From positions 27,183 to 91,182 of the forward strand of contig JAEDDX010000002.1 in the NCBI GenBank assembly GCA_016293615.1: a stretch of DNA of 64,000 nucleotides. Direction: 5' to 3'. The DNA comes from Acetatifactor sp. (GTDB lineage Bacteria > Bacillota > Clostridia > Lachnospirales > Lachnospiraceae). The notes below the pieces were generated by a model that did no database searches, had not been told where the DNA came from, and worked only from the letters and a program-made list of their open reading frames with translations. Position 1 is the first letter of the stretch; each line of letters begins with the position of its first letter. Position numbers and translations under genes: made by a program. Of this stretch, positions 49,415 through 59,600 are shown piece after piece.

Positions 49415-51085
49415 TTATTTCTTGATTTCGAGCACTGCGCCTCTGTTTCCGCTGGTAACCATCTCACGATATCTGGAGAGATAACCGGTGGTAACCTTGG
49501 GTTCTCTGGGCTGCCATTTTGCACGTCTGGCTTCCATCTCTTCGTCGGAAACCTTGATATCAAGCTTCATCTGCGGAATATCGATGCTGATGATATCGCC
49601 CTCTTCCACCAAAGCGATCGGTCCGCCGACTGCAGCCTCGGGAGAAACATGGCCGATGGAGGCACCTCTGGAAGCGCCCGAGAAACGGCCGTCTGTAATC
49701 AGTGCTACGGTAGAGCCAAGTCCCATACCTGCGATCGCGGAGGTGGGATTGAGCATCTCTCTCATACCGGGACCGCCCTTAGGACCCTCATACCGAATGA
49801 CTACGACATCGCCTGCGACGATCTTGCCTCCCTTGATTGCGGCAATGGCATCTTCCTCGCAGTCAAATACGCGTGCAGGGCCTTCGTGAACCATCATCTC
49901 TTCTACCACCGCAGATCTCTTCACTACGGAGCCGTCGGGCGCAAGGTTTCCCTTCAGTACTGCAAGTCCGCCGGTCTTGGAGTACGGATTCTCAACAGGT
50001 CTGATGACCTCGGGATTTCTGTTGTAAGCGTGTGCGATGTTCTCGCCGATGGTCTTACCGGTTACTGTCATACAGTCTGTGTTCAGAAGTCCGATGTCAG
50101 CAAGCTCCTTCATCACCGCATAGACGCCGCCAGCCTCGTTCAGATCCTCCATATATGTGGGACCCGCAGGTGCCAGATGACAGAGGTTAGGAGTCTTCTC
50201 ACTGATCGGATTAGCGAAGCTGATATCAAAATCGAAACCGATCTCATGTGCGATCGCAGGCAGATGCAGCATGGAGTTGGTAGAACAACCCAGTGCCATA
50301 TCAACGGTCAGCGCATTGAGGATGGACTCTTTCGTCATGATGTCTCTTGCGCGGATATTCTTTCTGAAAAGCTCCATTACAGCCATGCCGGCATGCTTCG
50401 CAAGCTTGATTCTCTCTGAGTAAACAGCGGGAATGGTTCCGTTGCCGCCAAGACCCATACCGAGTGCCTCGGTCAAGCAGTTCATGGAGTTTGCGGTATA
50501 CATACCGGAGCAGGAGCCGCAGGTAGGACAAACCTTGTTCTCAAACTCGCAGACATCCTCCTCTGTCATGGTGCCGGCCGCATAGGAGCCAACTGCTTCA
50601 AACATGGAGGAAAGACTTCTCTTCTGTCCCTTCACATGACCGGCAAGCATAGGTCCGCCGGACACAAAAACAGTGGGGAGATTCAGTCTTGCCGCAGCCA
50701 TCAGAAGGCCGGGAACATTTTTGTCACAGTTTGGTACCATCACCAGTGCATCAAACTGATGCGCGATCGCCATACACTCGGTAGAGTCGGCAATCAGGTC
50801 ACGGGTCACCAGGGAATACTTCATCCCGACATGTCCCATGGCAATACCGTCACAGACAGCGATCGCGGGGAACACAACAGGAACGCCGCCTGCCTCTGCA
50901 ACACCGATGCGGACCGCATCCACAATCTTATCGATATTCATATGGCCGGGAACGATCTCGTTGTAGGAGCTCACGATACCAACCATAGGTTTCTTCATTT
51001 CCTCAGGAGTAAATCCAAGAGCGTTAAATAAGCTTCTTGCCGGTGCCTGCTGCATGCCGGCCCTTGCGTTATCACTTGTCATCAT
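49415..51085 (-). CDS. ilvD: Dihydroxy-acid dehydratase
   Basis: [45 protein letters not shown]. Confidence 0.96.
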   Translation of the reverse strand: MMTSDNARAGMQQAPARSLFNALGFTPEEMKKPMVGIVSSYNEIVPGHMNIDKIVDAVRIGVAEAGGVPVVFPAIAVCDGIAMGHVGMKYSLVTRDLIADSTECMAIAHQFDALVMVPNCDKNVPGLLMAAARLNLPTVFVSGGPMLAGHVKGQKRSLSSMFEAVGSYAAGTMTEEDVCEFENKVCPTCGSCSGMYTANSMNCLTEALGMGLGGNGTIPAVYSERIKLAKHAGMAVMELFRKNIRARDIMTKESILNALTVDMALGCSTNSMLHLPAIAHEIGFDFDISFANPISEKTPNLCHLAPAGPTYMEDLNEAGGVYAVMKELADIGLLNTDCMTVTGKTIGENIAHAYNRNPEVIRPVENPYSKTGGLAVLKGNLAPDGSVVKRSAVVEEMMVHEGPARVFDCEEDAIAAIKGGKIVAGDVVVIRYEGPKGGPGMREMLNPTSAIAGMGLGSTVALITDGRFSGASRGASIGHVSPEAAVGGPIALVEEGDIISIDIPQMKLDIKVSDEEMEARRAKWQPREPKVTTGYLSRYREMVTSGNRGAVLEIKK

Positions 51086-51099
51086 AATCACTGTCTCCT

Positions 51100-52188
51100 T
51101 TATTTATGAATTCTTTCAGCCAACAGATCGCCCATCTGTGTACATCCGACTTTGGTGCAGCCCTCGGACATAATATCGCCGGTGCGATATCCGTCCTGCA
51201 GTACCTGCTTCACGGCTGCTTCGATGGCGTCAGCCTCTCTGTCAAGATCGAAGCTGTAACGAAGCATCATGGAAGCACTGAGAATCGTTGCGATCGGGTT
51301 CGCAATATCCATGCCTGCAATATCGGGAGCAGAACCATGGCTGGGCTCATACAGACCGAACTTGCTGTCATTTAAGCTTGCGCTCGCAAGCATTCCGATG
51401 GACCCGGTCACCATGCTCGCCTCATCGGAAAGGATGTCACCAAACATATTCTCGGTCAAAATCACGTCAAACTGGGCCGGATCCTTTACCAGCTGCATCG
51501 CACAGTTGTCAACAAGCATATGTTCCAAAGTAACTTCCGGATACTCTTTTGCCACTTCCTCGACTACTTTTCTCCAGAGTCTGGAGGAGTCCAGTACATT
51601 CGCCTTGTCTACGCTTGTGACCTTTTTGCGGCGCTTCATTGCAATATCAAAGCCCTTGATGGCAATTCGTCTGATTTCATTCTCATCATAGCTCAAGGTA
51701 TCGATTGCCTTAAGCACTCCGTTCTCCTCAACGGTCTTTCTCTCGCCGAAGTACAGACCGCCGGTGAGTTCTCTCATGATCATCATGTCGAAGCCTCTGG
51801 CGCTGATCTCCTCCTTCAGAGGGCAGGCACCCGCAAGCTCATCATACAAAATGGCGGGACGCAGATTTGCGAACAGATTCAATGCTTTTCGCAGGGCAAG
51901 AAGTCCTGCCTCCGGTCTTAAGTTGGGAGGAAGCTGATACCAGGGAGATGTGGTTGTATTACCGCCGATGGAACCCATCAGGACGGCATCTGCAGCCTTA
52001 GCCTTTGCGATTGCCTCCTCGGTGAGAGGAACTCCGTGCACATCTATGGATGCGCCTCCCATCAGAATATCTTCAAAAATCATCTTATGACCGTATACCT
52101 CAGCGGTCTTTTCGAGCACCTTTTTCGCCTGTGCCACGATCTCGGGACCGATTCCGTCACCGGGAATACAAGTGATATGTAATTCCAT
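51100..52188 (-). CDS. leuB: 3-isopropylmalate dehydrogenase
   Basis: [49 protein letters not shown]. Confidence 0.96.
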   Translation of the reverse strand: MELHITCIPGDGIGPEIVAQAKKVLEKTAEVYGHKMIFEDILMGGASIDVHGVPLTEEAIAKAKAADAVLMGSIGGNTTTSPWYQLPPNLRPEAGLLALRKALNLFANLRPAILYDELAGACPLKEEISARGFDMMIMRELTGGLYFGERKTVEENGVLKAIDTLSYDENEIRRIAIKGFDIAMKRRKKVTSVDKANVLDSSRLWRKVVEEVAKEYPEVTLEHMLVDNCAMQLVKDPAQFDVILTENMFGDILSDEASMVTGSIGMLASASLNDSKFGLYEPSHGSAPDIAGMDIANPIATILSASMMLRYSFDLDREADAIEAAVKQVLQDGYRTGDIMSEGCTKVGCTQMGDLLAERIHK

Positions 52189-52387
52189 GCTGCTCTTCCT
52201 TTCTGACTCATTATGTTGTATCCGGCTCATTCCGAAAGCATAAATCCGTGCGCAAACCCGCTCGCCCTGTCGGATGTTTGCTTTAAAAATGAGCATGTTT
52301 TATCGCAACGAGAATCGCGAATACATATTCATAATATGATAACTGATTACAGACAAAATAGCAATAAAATATTAAAAAGAATCAAGG

Positions 52388-52425
52388 AAAAAGAAAGAGA
52401 GTGATGCACCCGCAACACTCTCTTT
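52388..52425 (-). terminator. Terminator after yajC
   Basis: AAAGAGAGTG...CACTCTCTTT with T-rich tail on the minus strand. Confidence 0.65.
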
Positions 52426-52438
52426 GAAAAATCATTCC

Positions 52439-52753
52439 TTATTCTGCCTTCTCGACGCGGCTGATAGCGTTCTTGTCCATCGGAATACGGCAGTTTTTAT
52501 TGTTGCCGAACTCTACAACCACGGTATCGTCTGAGATGTCGATGATGATTCCGTAAAAACCGGAAGTGGTCAGCACGCAGTCACCAACCTCCAGGGCAGC
52601 AAGCATTGCAGCCATTCTCTTCTTCTCCTTGCTCTGGGGTCTGAAAAAGAAAAACCACATCGCAACAATAAAAATACCATAAATCAGTACCATACTAATC
52701 AGGCCTCCGCCTGCTGAAACGCCTGCATCTGCAGCTGTCAATAAAATACCCAT
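52439..52753 (-). CDS. yajC: Preprotein translocase subunit YajC
   Basis: TM, then RPQSKEKK and LEVGDCVLTTSGFYG; follows tgt; ATG 52753 after GGAGG. Confidence 0.9.
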   Translation of the reverse strand: MGILLTAADAGVSAGGGLISMVLIYGIFIVAMWFFFFRPQSKEKKRMAAMLAALEVGDCVLTTSGFYGIIIDISDDTVVVEFGNNKNCRIPMDKNAISRVEKAE

Positions 52754-52857
52754 TTTTCCTCCATTCCGTCCAGACCTTGGTCTGAATCTCTCGTCTAAAT
52801 CAATATCATACACAAATTCACGGGAATCGGCAAGTAAATTTTCTATAAAAAACCGTA

Positions 52858-54003
52858 TCAAAATGAATCTTGCGGTCCCGACGCCATTCCTTCCAGTTTT
52901 GCCTTTTTATAGGAGGCAAAGCAGCCCCGGTCTAAAGCATCCCGGATCTCTTCCATCATGGTATTATAGAAGTACAGATTGTGGAGCACGCAGAGTCTCA
53001 TGCCGAGCATTTCCTTTGCCTTCAGCAGATGACGGATGTAAGCTCTGGAGTATCTTCTGCAGGCAGGACATCCGCAGCCCTCTTCAATCGGGCGGCTGTC
53101 AAGCTCATACTTCGCATTGAAGAGATTGATCTTGCCGTGATTGGTGTAGACATGACCGTGACGGCCGTTTCGGCTGGGATATACACAGTCAAAGAAATCA
53201 ATTCCCCTCTCGACACCCTCCAGAATATTGGCCGGCGTACCGACGCCCATCAGGTAAGTCGGTTTATGTTTCGGCAGGAAGGGAACGACTTCGTCCAGGA
53301 TATAATACATTTCCTCATGCGTCTCACCGACGGCAAGTCCTCCGACCGCATATCCGTCAAGCTCCATCTCGGAGATCCTTTTTGCATGCTCAATTCTAAG
53401 ATCCGCATAGACAGCGCCCTGATTGATGCCAAACAGCAGCTGTTGTCTGTTGATGGTATCCTCCAGGGAATTCAGTCTGGCCATCTCCTTGCGGCATCTT
53501 TCCAGCCATCTTGTGGTTCGCTCTACGGAAGCCTTGACATAGGCTCTGTCCGCCTTGCTGGGCGCACACTCATCGAACGCCATGGCAATCGTGGAGGCAA
53601 GATTAGACTGGATCTGCATACTCTGCTCGGGACCCATGAAAATCCGGTGACCGTCTATATGGGACTGGAAGGTAACACCCTCCTCCTTAATCTTTCGCAG
53701 TCCAGCCAGGGAGAACACCTGAAATCCGCCGGAGTCGGTCAGAATCGGCTTGTTCCAGGACATAAACTTATGAAGTCCGCCCATTTTTTTGACAACCTCA
53801 TCGCCGGGCCGTACATGCAGATGGTAGGTATTGGAAAGCTCAACCTGCGTTTTGATGCCTTCCAGATCTTCCGTGGAGACAGCCCCTTTGATCGCTGCCA
53901 CGGTACCGACATTCATGAAAACAGGGGTCTGGATCGTGCCGTGAACGGTTTCTACGACCGCTCTCTTCGCCCGCCCCTCCTGTTTTAGGATCTCATACTT
54001 CAT
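52858..54003 (-). CDS. tgt: tRNA-guanine transglycosylase
   Basis: TPVFMNVGT, NTYHL, TDSGGFQVFSL, GGLAVGE, Zn site CGCPAC...HN. Confidence 0.97.
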   Translation of the reverse strand: MKYEILKQEGRAKRAVVETVHGTIQTPVFMNVGTVAAIKGAVSTEDLEGIKTQVELSNTYHLHVRPGDEVVKKMGGLHKFMSWNKPILTDSGGFQVFSLAGLRKIKEEGVTFQSHIDGHRIFMGPEQSMQIQSNLASTIAMAFDECAPSKADRAYVKASVERTTRWLERCRKEMARLNSLEDTINRQQLLFGINQGAVYADLRIEHAKRISEMELDGYAVGGLAVGETHEEMYYILDEVVPFLPKHKPTYLMGVGTPANILEGVERGIDFFDCVYPSRNGRHGHVYTNHGKINLFNAKYELDSRPIEEGCGCPACRRYSRAYIRHLLKAKEMLGMRLCVLHNLYFYNTMMEEIRDALDRGCFASYKKAKLEGMASGPQDSF

Positions 54004-54120
54004 ACACAATACTCCATTCTGTTACTCAATAACGCTTTCCCGGCCCGAAACATTGTCGGGATTTCATTCGCAACTAATATAACATATAATTGTCTCAGAT
54101 GCATCTTTTTTTCAAAAAAG

Positions 54121-54149
54121 TTGCGAATTTACACCCGTTACATTATAAT
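54121..54149 (+). promoter_or_regulatory. sigmaA promoter of aroC
   Basis: TTGCGA-N17-TATAAT. Confidence 0.65.
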
Positions 54150-54239
54150 CATTTCGTATCAAACATCAAATTGCTCTTTTCGATACGCCCTCCCGTAACA
54201 TTTCGAATGCACCGGAGGGTTACAGACGGAGGTTAAAAC

Positions 54240-55340
54240 ATGGCAGGATCCTCATTCGGAACCATTTTCAGAATCACAACCTGGGGAGAATCTCACGGCA
54301 AGGCACTCGGAGTCGTCATCGACGGATGTCCCGCGGGGCTTTCCCTGTGCGAAGACGACATTCAAAGCTATTTAAACCGCAGAAAACCGGGCACCAGCAG
54401 CATTACCACTCCCCGCAGGGAAGGCGATCTGGTAGAGATTTTGTCCGGAGTGTTCGAAGGAAAAACAACCGGCACTCCGATCTCCTTACTTGTCAGAAAT
54501 ACTTCTCAGATTTCCGGAGATTACAGTGAGATCGCTTCCTACTATCGTCCCGGACATGCCGACTATACCTTTGACCAAAAGTATGGCTTCCGCGATTATC
54601 GCGGCGGCGGGCGTTCTTCGGGCCGTGAGACCATCGGAAGAGTTGCCGCAGGAGCGATTGCCGCTAAGCTTTTACAAGAGCTTGGAATTACAGTTCGCGC
54701 TTACACCCGTTCCATCGGTCCGGTTGAAGCTGATTTAAGCAAGTTCGACGCGGACGCGATCCTCTCCACTCCGACCGCAATGCCGGACAGAGAAGCGGAC
54801 GCCAGAGCCGTTGCCTATCTGGAGCAGACCAAGAAGGATCTGGATTCCTCCGGCGGATGTATGGAATGTATGATTCAAGGCTTGCCCGCAGGAATCGGTG
54901 ACCCTGTGTTTGAGAAGCTGGATGCCAATCTTGCAAAGGCGATCATGTCGATCGGCGCCGTCAAGGCAGTCGAGATCGGCGACGGCTGCGAAGTCTCCCG
55001 CTCCAGAGGAAGCCAAAACAATGATGCGTTCTGTATGAAGGACGGAACCGTTTCCAAGAAGACCAATCACGCAGGCGGTATTCTCGGCGGCATCAGCGAC
55101 GGAAGTACCGTGACAATCCGCGCCCATGTGAAGCCCACCCCTTCGATCTACAGACAGCAGGACACCGTGAACCGGTCCGGCGAAGAAATCGAAGTCTGCA
55201 TCAAGGGACGCCATGACCCCATCATCGTACCGCGCGCCGTAGTTGTCATGGAATGCATGACGGCGATCACCGTTCTCGACGCCATGATGGTCAACATGTC
55301 CGCAAAGCTCGATTCTCTCAGGGATTTCTATCATGACTGA
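54240..55340 (+). CDS. aroC: Chorismate synthase
   Basis: TWGESHG, RPGHAD, GGGRSSGRET, NHAGGILGGIS, GRHDP. Confidence 0.97.
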   Translation: MAGSSFGTIFRITTWGESHGKALGVVIDGCPAGLSLCEDDIQSYLNRRKPGTSSITTPRREGDLVEILSGVFEGKTTGTPISLLVRNTSQISGDYSEIASYYRPGHADYTFDQKYGFRDYRGGGRSSGRETIGRVAAGAIAAKLLQELGITVRAYTRSIGPVEADLSKFDADAILSTPTAMPDREADARAVAYLEQTKKDLDSSGGCMECMIQGLPAGIGDPVFEKLDANLAKAIMSIGAVKAVEIGDGCEVSRSRGSQNNDAFCMKDGTVSKKTNHAGGILGGISDGSTVTIRAHVKPTPSIYRQQDTVNRSGEEIEVCIKGRHDPIIVPRAVVVMECMTAITVLDAMMVNMSAKLDSLRDFYHD

Positions 55341-55411
55341 TTTTCTGACATCGTCAGGATACTCTCGCTGTTCATTTTGTCCAACAATTCCATACACTAT
55401 TTTCTTAAAAC

Positions 55412-55448
55412 AAAAAGCCGGCAAAGGAACCCCGTCCTTTACCGGCTT
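55412..55448 (-). terminator. Terminator between convergent aroC and lactonase genes
   Basis: AAAAAGCCGGcAAAGGA...TCCTTTaCCGGCTT. Confidence 0.65.
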
Positions 55449-55474
55449 GTAATCTTTTACTCACTTTTTCACAA

Positions 55475-56527
55475 TTATTTCAGCTTCAGGAATGTGATGC
55501 AGTTGGGCACATTTACCCGAATGGGCGGCCCGTTCATAATCAGAGTCTTATTTTCAATGTCAACCTTGAAGAAGGTCAGGTCATTGGACTCATGATTTAA
55601 GGATACCAGAAACTTGTTGTTCGGGAACAGACTTGCATCCTTCGGATAGTCGCCGCTAATGGGGAGGGAAAATACCTTCTCGAGTAAGCCGGTATTCTCG
55701 TCCACATGGAACAACACTGCGGTATTGTCTCCCGCAACCGTGCTCAGAAGATAATTGTGGTCTTCCGAGAAGGTAAGGGCGCTGGTCGCGTTGCTGCTTC
55801 CTCTCTCAACCTTCGCGGTCGGAACGGTCTGAATCTTCTCAAAGTGAGGCTGTCCGTTGATGTCCTCGTAGGAATAGACATCAATATAACATTTCCACTC
55901 ATGCACGATATACAGGTATTTACCGTCCCTGGATATTTTAATGTGTCTGGGTGCGGACTCTAATTCACTGCGAATGACATCCGCAAGGCTTACCTTGCCG
56001 GTCATCAGATCCAGACGATACACATTGATGTGATCCATACCCTGGTCGGCAACCAGCAGATACTTATTGTCATGCGTCATTCTCGCACAGTTAATGTGAG
56101 GTCTGAAATTTCTCTCGGCAAGACTTCCCAAACCCTTGTGGAAGATTTCGTCGGTGATCTCACCGATGGAACCGTCATCATTCAGACGCATTACGGTCAG
56201 CTTTCCGTCGTGATATCCTGCAATAAACAGATACTTGTCCGTGTAGTCGGTTGACACATAGCACCCTCTCATACCGTTTGCGGGTGCGAAATTGAGCAGG
56301 TCCAAAGTACCGTTTCTCTTGATTTTGTAAGCCTCCACTCCGAAGTCCGTGATGGAATAGAGGTATTTCTCGTTATGGGAGATCGTAACATAAGACGAAT
56401 TGGTAATCTCAACCTGGTCTTTCTCGATAAATCGTCCCTTTTCCATATCCACATCATAGATCCTGATTCCATGATTATCTCCGCCTGTATAGGTGGATAC
56501 ATAAGCAACATATTTTTCCTGACTCAC
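55475..56527 (-). CDS. Lactonase family beta-propeller (6-phosphogluconolactonase-like)
   Basis: AYVSTYT, RPHINC, VADQGMD, SAPRH, GDYPKD; GTG start after AAGGAGG. Confidence 0.8.
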   Translation of the reverse strand: MSQEKYVAYVSTYTGGDNHGIRIYDVDMEKGRFIEKDQVEITNSSYVTISHNEKYLYSITDFGVEAYKIKRNGTLDLLNFAPANGMRGCYVSTDYTDKYLFIAGYHDGKLTVMRLNDDGSIGEITDEIFHKGLGSLAERNFRPHINCARMTHDNKYLLVADQGMDHINVYRLDLMTGKVSLADVIRSELESAPRHIKISRDGKYLYIVHEWKCYIDVYSYEDINGQPHFEKIQTVPTAKVERGSSNATSALTFSEDHNYLLSTVAGDNTAVLFHVDENTGLLEKVFSLPISGDYPKDASLFPNNKFLVSLNHESNDLTFFKVDIENKTLIMNGPPIRVNVPNCITFLKLK

Positions 56528-56608
56528 CTTGGAAATCCTCCTTATGTTTTCTGCACCTTATCTTAACAAAAAAAGTGGTTTCTGTCGAGATTTTTTTATC
56601 AGCTGCGC

Positions 56609-56641
56609 AAAATAAAATCGGGACCGTTTTCACAGTCCCGA
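56609..56641 (-). terminator. Terminator after the Cys-rich small ORF
   Basis: TCGGGAC...GTCCCGA with T-rich tail on the minus strand. Confidence 0.55.
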
Positions 56642-56653
56642 ACCATGCTTTTT

Positions 56654-56926
56654 TCAGTCACAGTTTTCTTTTTCAGGATGGTCATAAGACTGCCAGGCCG
56701 GGGGAATTCTTCCCTGAATCTCGCAGACAATGTCCTGCTTGTGATCACAGCTTTTCCTTTCGTCTCTACGATCACAATCCCTCATCTCACAAGGTCCGCA
56801 GCCACTCCTTTCCTCCATACAGGGTCTGTGGTTCTTATGGCAGTGTTCTTTCTTGTGTTGTCCGCAGCAGTCGCAGTCATTTTGACAGCAGGAAAACAAT
56901 AACAAAAGAAGAATCCAACAATTCAT
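56654..56926 (-). CDS. Small Cys-rich hypothetical protein (spore-coat-like)
   Basis: RBS GAAGGTG; MNCWILLLLLFSCC start, then a Cys/His/Asp-rich body; same strand as neighbours; downstream hairpin. Confidence 0.6.
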   Translation of the reverse strand: MNCWILLLLLFSCCQNDCDCCGQHKKEHCHKNHRPCMEERSGCGPCEMRDCDRRDERKSCDHKQDIVCEIQGRIPPAWQSYDHPEKENCD

Positions 56927-56932
56927 ATATTG

Positions 56933-57535
56933 TCACCTTCGTTTTTTTATAAGGTATGATAAACCTGCTGTTTGTTGCCCGTCCGCTGTTTCCTTTTTTA
57001 CCAGATTCTTTTTTACCTCCGCAAAGGTTTCGCGCTCTCCTTTTTCTGCCAGCATTCTGAGATAATATTCCAGCTTCTCGCAGGTCTTGGGATGGATGAG
57101 CTCGTGTCTGGTCCCGTTGTCAAAATACTGCAGCGGGCACGAATCATCATATGCCTCTCCCTTGTAGACCTTACTCGCGGCAATGCGGTCCATGATCATC
57201 TCGGCCACATACCGGTCCGGCATCTCGACGGGAACCATTTTCCCCCTGAGCGCAGGATCGTTGGAATAATCGATCCAGTATTCGTAGTGGTGCTTGTTGC
57301 GGCCCTTGTGATGCATCCAGGAATTCGAATACCCGATATCCTCCCGCTCCGCATTGTTAGGGCTTCTGGTCCCCTGAAAATACTTTGCGCCGACCAGAAA
57401 TTCCGTCGGACTGTATTTGGACATATCGTGCAAAATGCCCTGGCGGATCAAACCCACGCGAAAGCATCCCTGCGCAACCAGGTATTTATGATAGGTGATC
57501 GTCTTAAAATGATTCCACATGTTACCCATGGTCAT
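56933..57535 (-). CDS. DUF5662-like protein (HD-type His/Asp motifs)
   Basis: HFKTITYHK, LHDMSKY, HHKGRNKHHYEYW, EMIMDRIAASK. Confidence 0.8.
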   Translation of the reverse strand: MTMGNMWNHFKTITYHKYLVAQGCFRVGLIRQGILHDMSKYSPTEFLVGAKYFQGTRSPNNAEREDIGYSNSWMHHKGRNKHHYEYWIDYSNDPALRGKMVPVEMPDRYVAEMIMDRIAASKVYKGEAYDDSCPLQYFDNGTRHELIHPKTCEKLEYYLRMLAEKGERETFAEVKKNLVKKETADGQQTAGLSYLIKKRR

Positions 57536-59433
57536 AAAACCTTTCTCTTGCCGGTGGTTTGTTTTGTTTTCTGTCCGACCTCTGTCTCATTGACACACAA
57601 AGGTACCGTCGGTGTGGCGATATAGACTGTGATACTTCTCGGTGCACAGACAATGCGATTCTCCTGTATTTCACAGTCTGTCTCATCCAAAGATGCCGCC
57701 GTCGACAGTACAGGCACCCACTGACAGGTTTTCGGAAGCTTCGGCAATGCCAGAGGATGGCTCTCCCAGTGCATGTTCATGGCAATATAGAGGAAATCAT
57801 CCTCTCCGCTGCCCTTCTTTGCATATTTTCCGCACAGCATCATCCCTGCGTGGCGCAAAACCGGGTCTGCAGCCAGTTTCCAGGCGCTCTCTCCGTGATA
57901 GGAGAGATCCGGATAACCGCAGGAAAGCGTATCCATCAAAAGCAGCTCTTTTGAGGGCGTCAGGATGGGATGCTCTCTTCGAAAGGCTGTCATCTTCTTC
58001 CAGAAGCTCAGTACTCTGTTCCCCTTCCGCACCAGGCTCCAGTCAAGCCAGGTTGTCTCGTTGTCCTGACAATAAGGATTATTATTTCCCTGTTGGGAAT
58101 TGCCGAATTCATCCCCCATGAAAATCATCGGAGCGGACGCAGTCAAAAGGAGCATGGCAATGGCGTTCTGTATCTGCTGCAGGCGGAGGCGATTGACCTT
58201 ACGACTCTTCGAAGGCCCCTCCTCACCGCAGTTCCAGCTGCAATTGTATACTGCGCCGTCCTGATTCTGCTCTCCGTTTGCTTCATTGTGCTTGTCATTG
58301 TACGAAACCAGGTCTGCCAGCGTAAACCCACAATAATTCGTAAAATAATGAACTCTGCCGGTTCCCGACGGGATGTGCCTCATGTGATAAAGAGCTGTGC
58401 CCAGCATGTTCTCATCGCCCTTTAAGAATCTGCGCATATCGTAGAGATATTGATCATTACACTGTGCAAGATGTGCAAATACGGGAGTCCCGCCGCCGGT
58501 ATTGCTGATATCACAGGAAAGAATCTTGCAGTCGGCAAGAAGCGGATCTTCACAGATGAGATCAATCGGAAGATCAGGCCCCATCACATAAAAACCGTCA
58601 ATATGATACTCCGTCAGCCAGAAGCGCAGGATCTCACAGATCTCCCCCCTGCAAACATCCTCCGGGAAATAGAACTGCATCAGAAGCTCCATATGATTCA
58701 GGTGGAGGGCTTGTACCAGTTCCTTCAGTTCACGGCCCGCATCCTCTCCATAGGCATAATTGGCCTTCGGCGCATAATAAAAGCCCTTTGTGTACCCCCA
58801 GTAATTCAGCCTCTCGGGGGAGAGCTCCTTTTGCAATTGTAATCGGACTGTATTCTCTTGCTCTTCTTCCGGCTCCGGCAGCTCGATAAACTCATACGCC
58901 GGCTGCAGAAGCACCGAGGTCACACCGATCTCTTTCAGATACGGTATCTTTTCCATGATTCCGCGATAGGTTCCGGGCGCTTTTACCCCGGAAGAAGGAT
59001 GCGCAGTGAAGCCTCTGACATGCATACCGTAAAAGATACAGTCTGCATAAGGGATACAGGGTCTCTTATCCCGGTTCCACGCAAACGCCGTAGGAACACA
59101 GTTTGCTTTATAAGCACTTTCTTTTCGCTTTGTTCCGAACGGTCCGGTCTTCACAAAGGAAGTCGCATGTCGGTCGGGCACGGAAGTATCCTTCTGATAA
59201 AATAAATAGGTGGTCTCGGAAACATCGATTTCCTCCACGGTTTTGGTATATACGAAACCGGTTCTGTCCTCCTCGCAGAAAGGTATCTTACGAATCAGTT
59301 CATCGGTTTTTTTGTCATAAAGCAGAATCCCGCAGTCAGGCTCCTTCGATACAAAAGAAAATCGTACAGAGTCCTTGTGCCCCTTCTGTCCGTTCTGACA
59401 GGGATTTATAGTATTCGCAGTCACATGTTGCAT
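57532..59433 (-). CDS. GlgX/isoamylase-like GH13 protein with degenerate active site
   Basis: HVRGFT, NYWGY, KHNEANGE, SWNCGEEG, GDEFGNSQQGNNNPYCQDN retained; catalytic regions substituted. Confidence 0.85.
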   Translation of the reverse strand: MQHVTANTINPCQNGQKGHKDSVRFSFVSKEPDCGILLYDKKTDELIRKIPFCEEDRTGFVYTKTVEEIDVSETTYLFYQKDTSVPDRHATSFVKTGPFGTKRKESAYKANCVPTAFAWNRDKRPCIPYADCIFYGMHVRGFTAHPSSGVKAPGTYRGIMEKIPYLKEIGVTSVLLQPAYEFIELPEPEEEQENTVRLQLQKELSPERLNYWGYTKGFYYAPKANYAYGEDAGRELKELVQALHLNHMELLMQFYFPEDVCRGEICEILRFWLTEYHIDGFYVMGPDLPIDLICEDPLLADCKILSCDISNTGGGTPVFAHLAQCNDQYLYDMRRFLKGDENMLGTALYHMRHIPSGTGRVHYFTNYCGFTLADLVSYNDKHNEANGEQNQDGAVYNCSWNCGEEGPSKSRKVNRLRLQQIQNAIAMLLLTASAPMIFMGDEFGNSQQGNNNPYCQDNETTWLDWSLVRKGNRVLSFWKKMTAFRREHPILTPSKELLLMDTLSCGYPDLSYHGESAWKLAADPVLRHAGMMLCGKYAKKGSGEDDFLYIAMNMHWESHPLALPKLPKTCQWVPVLSTAASLDETDCEIQENRIVCAPRSITVYIATPTVPLCVNETEVGQKTKQTTGKRKVL

Positions 59434-59550
59434 CGCACATCCCCCTTTGATTGTGGTTGCTTTTCTATGTTCATTATAATCATTTAGGGCAAAAATCACA
59501 AGGAAATTTCATGGATCGAACGGATTCCTGTGGCATACATCGTAAGGAAG

Positions 59551-59578
59551 TTGACAAAATCTTCAGTTGGGTTATGAT
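59551..59578 (+). promoter_or_regulatory. sigmaA promoter of the CapA-family gene
   Basis: TTGACA-N16-TATGAT. Confidence 0.55.
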
Positions 59579-59600
59579 ACAAGAGAAAGGATGTGATAAT

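Noticed and set aside
56575..56952. Plus-strand ORFs 56575-56952 and 56645-56902
   Set aside because: Antisense to the Cys-rich ORF, which has the RBS, the terminator and the same orientation as its neighbours.
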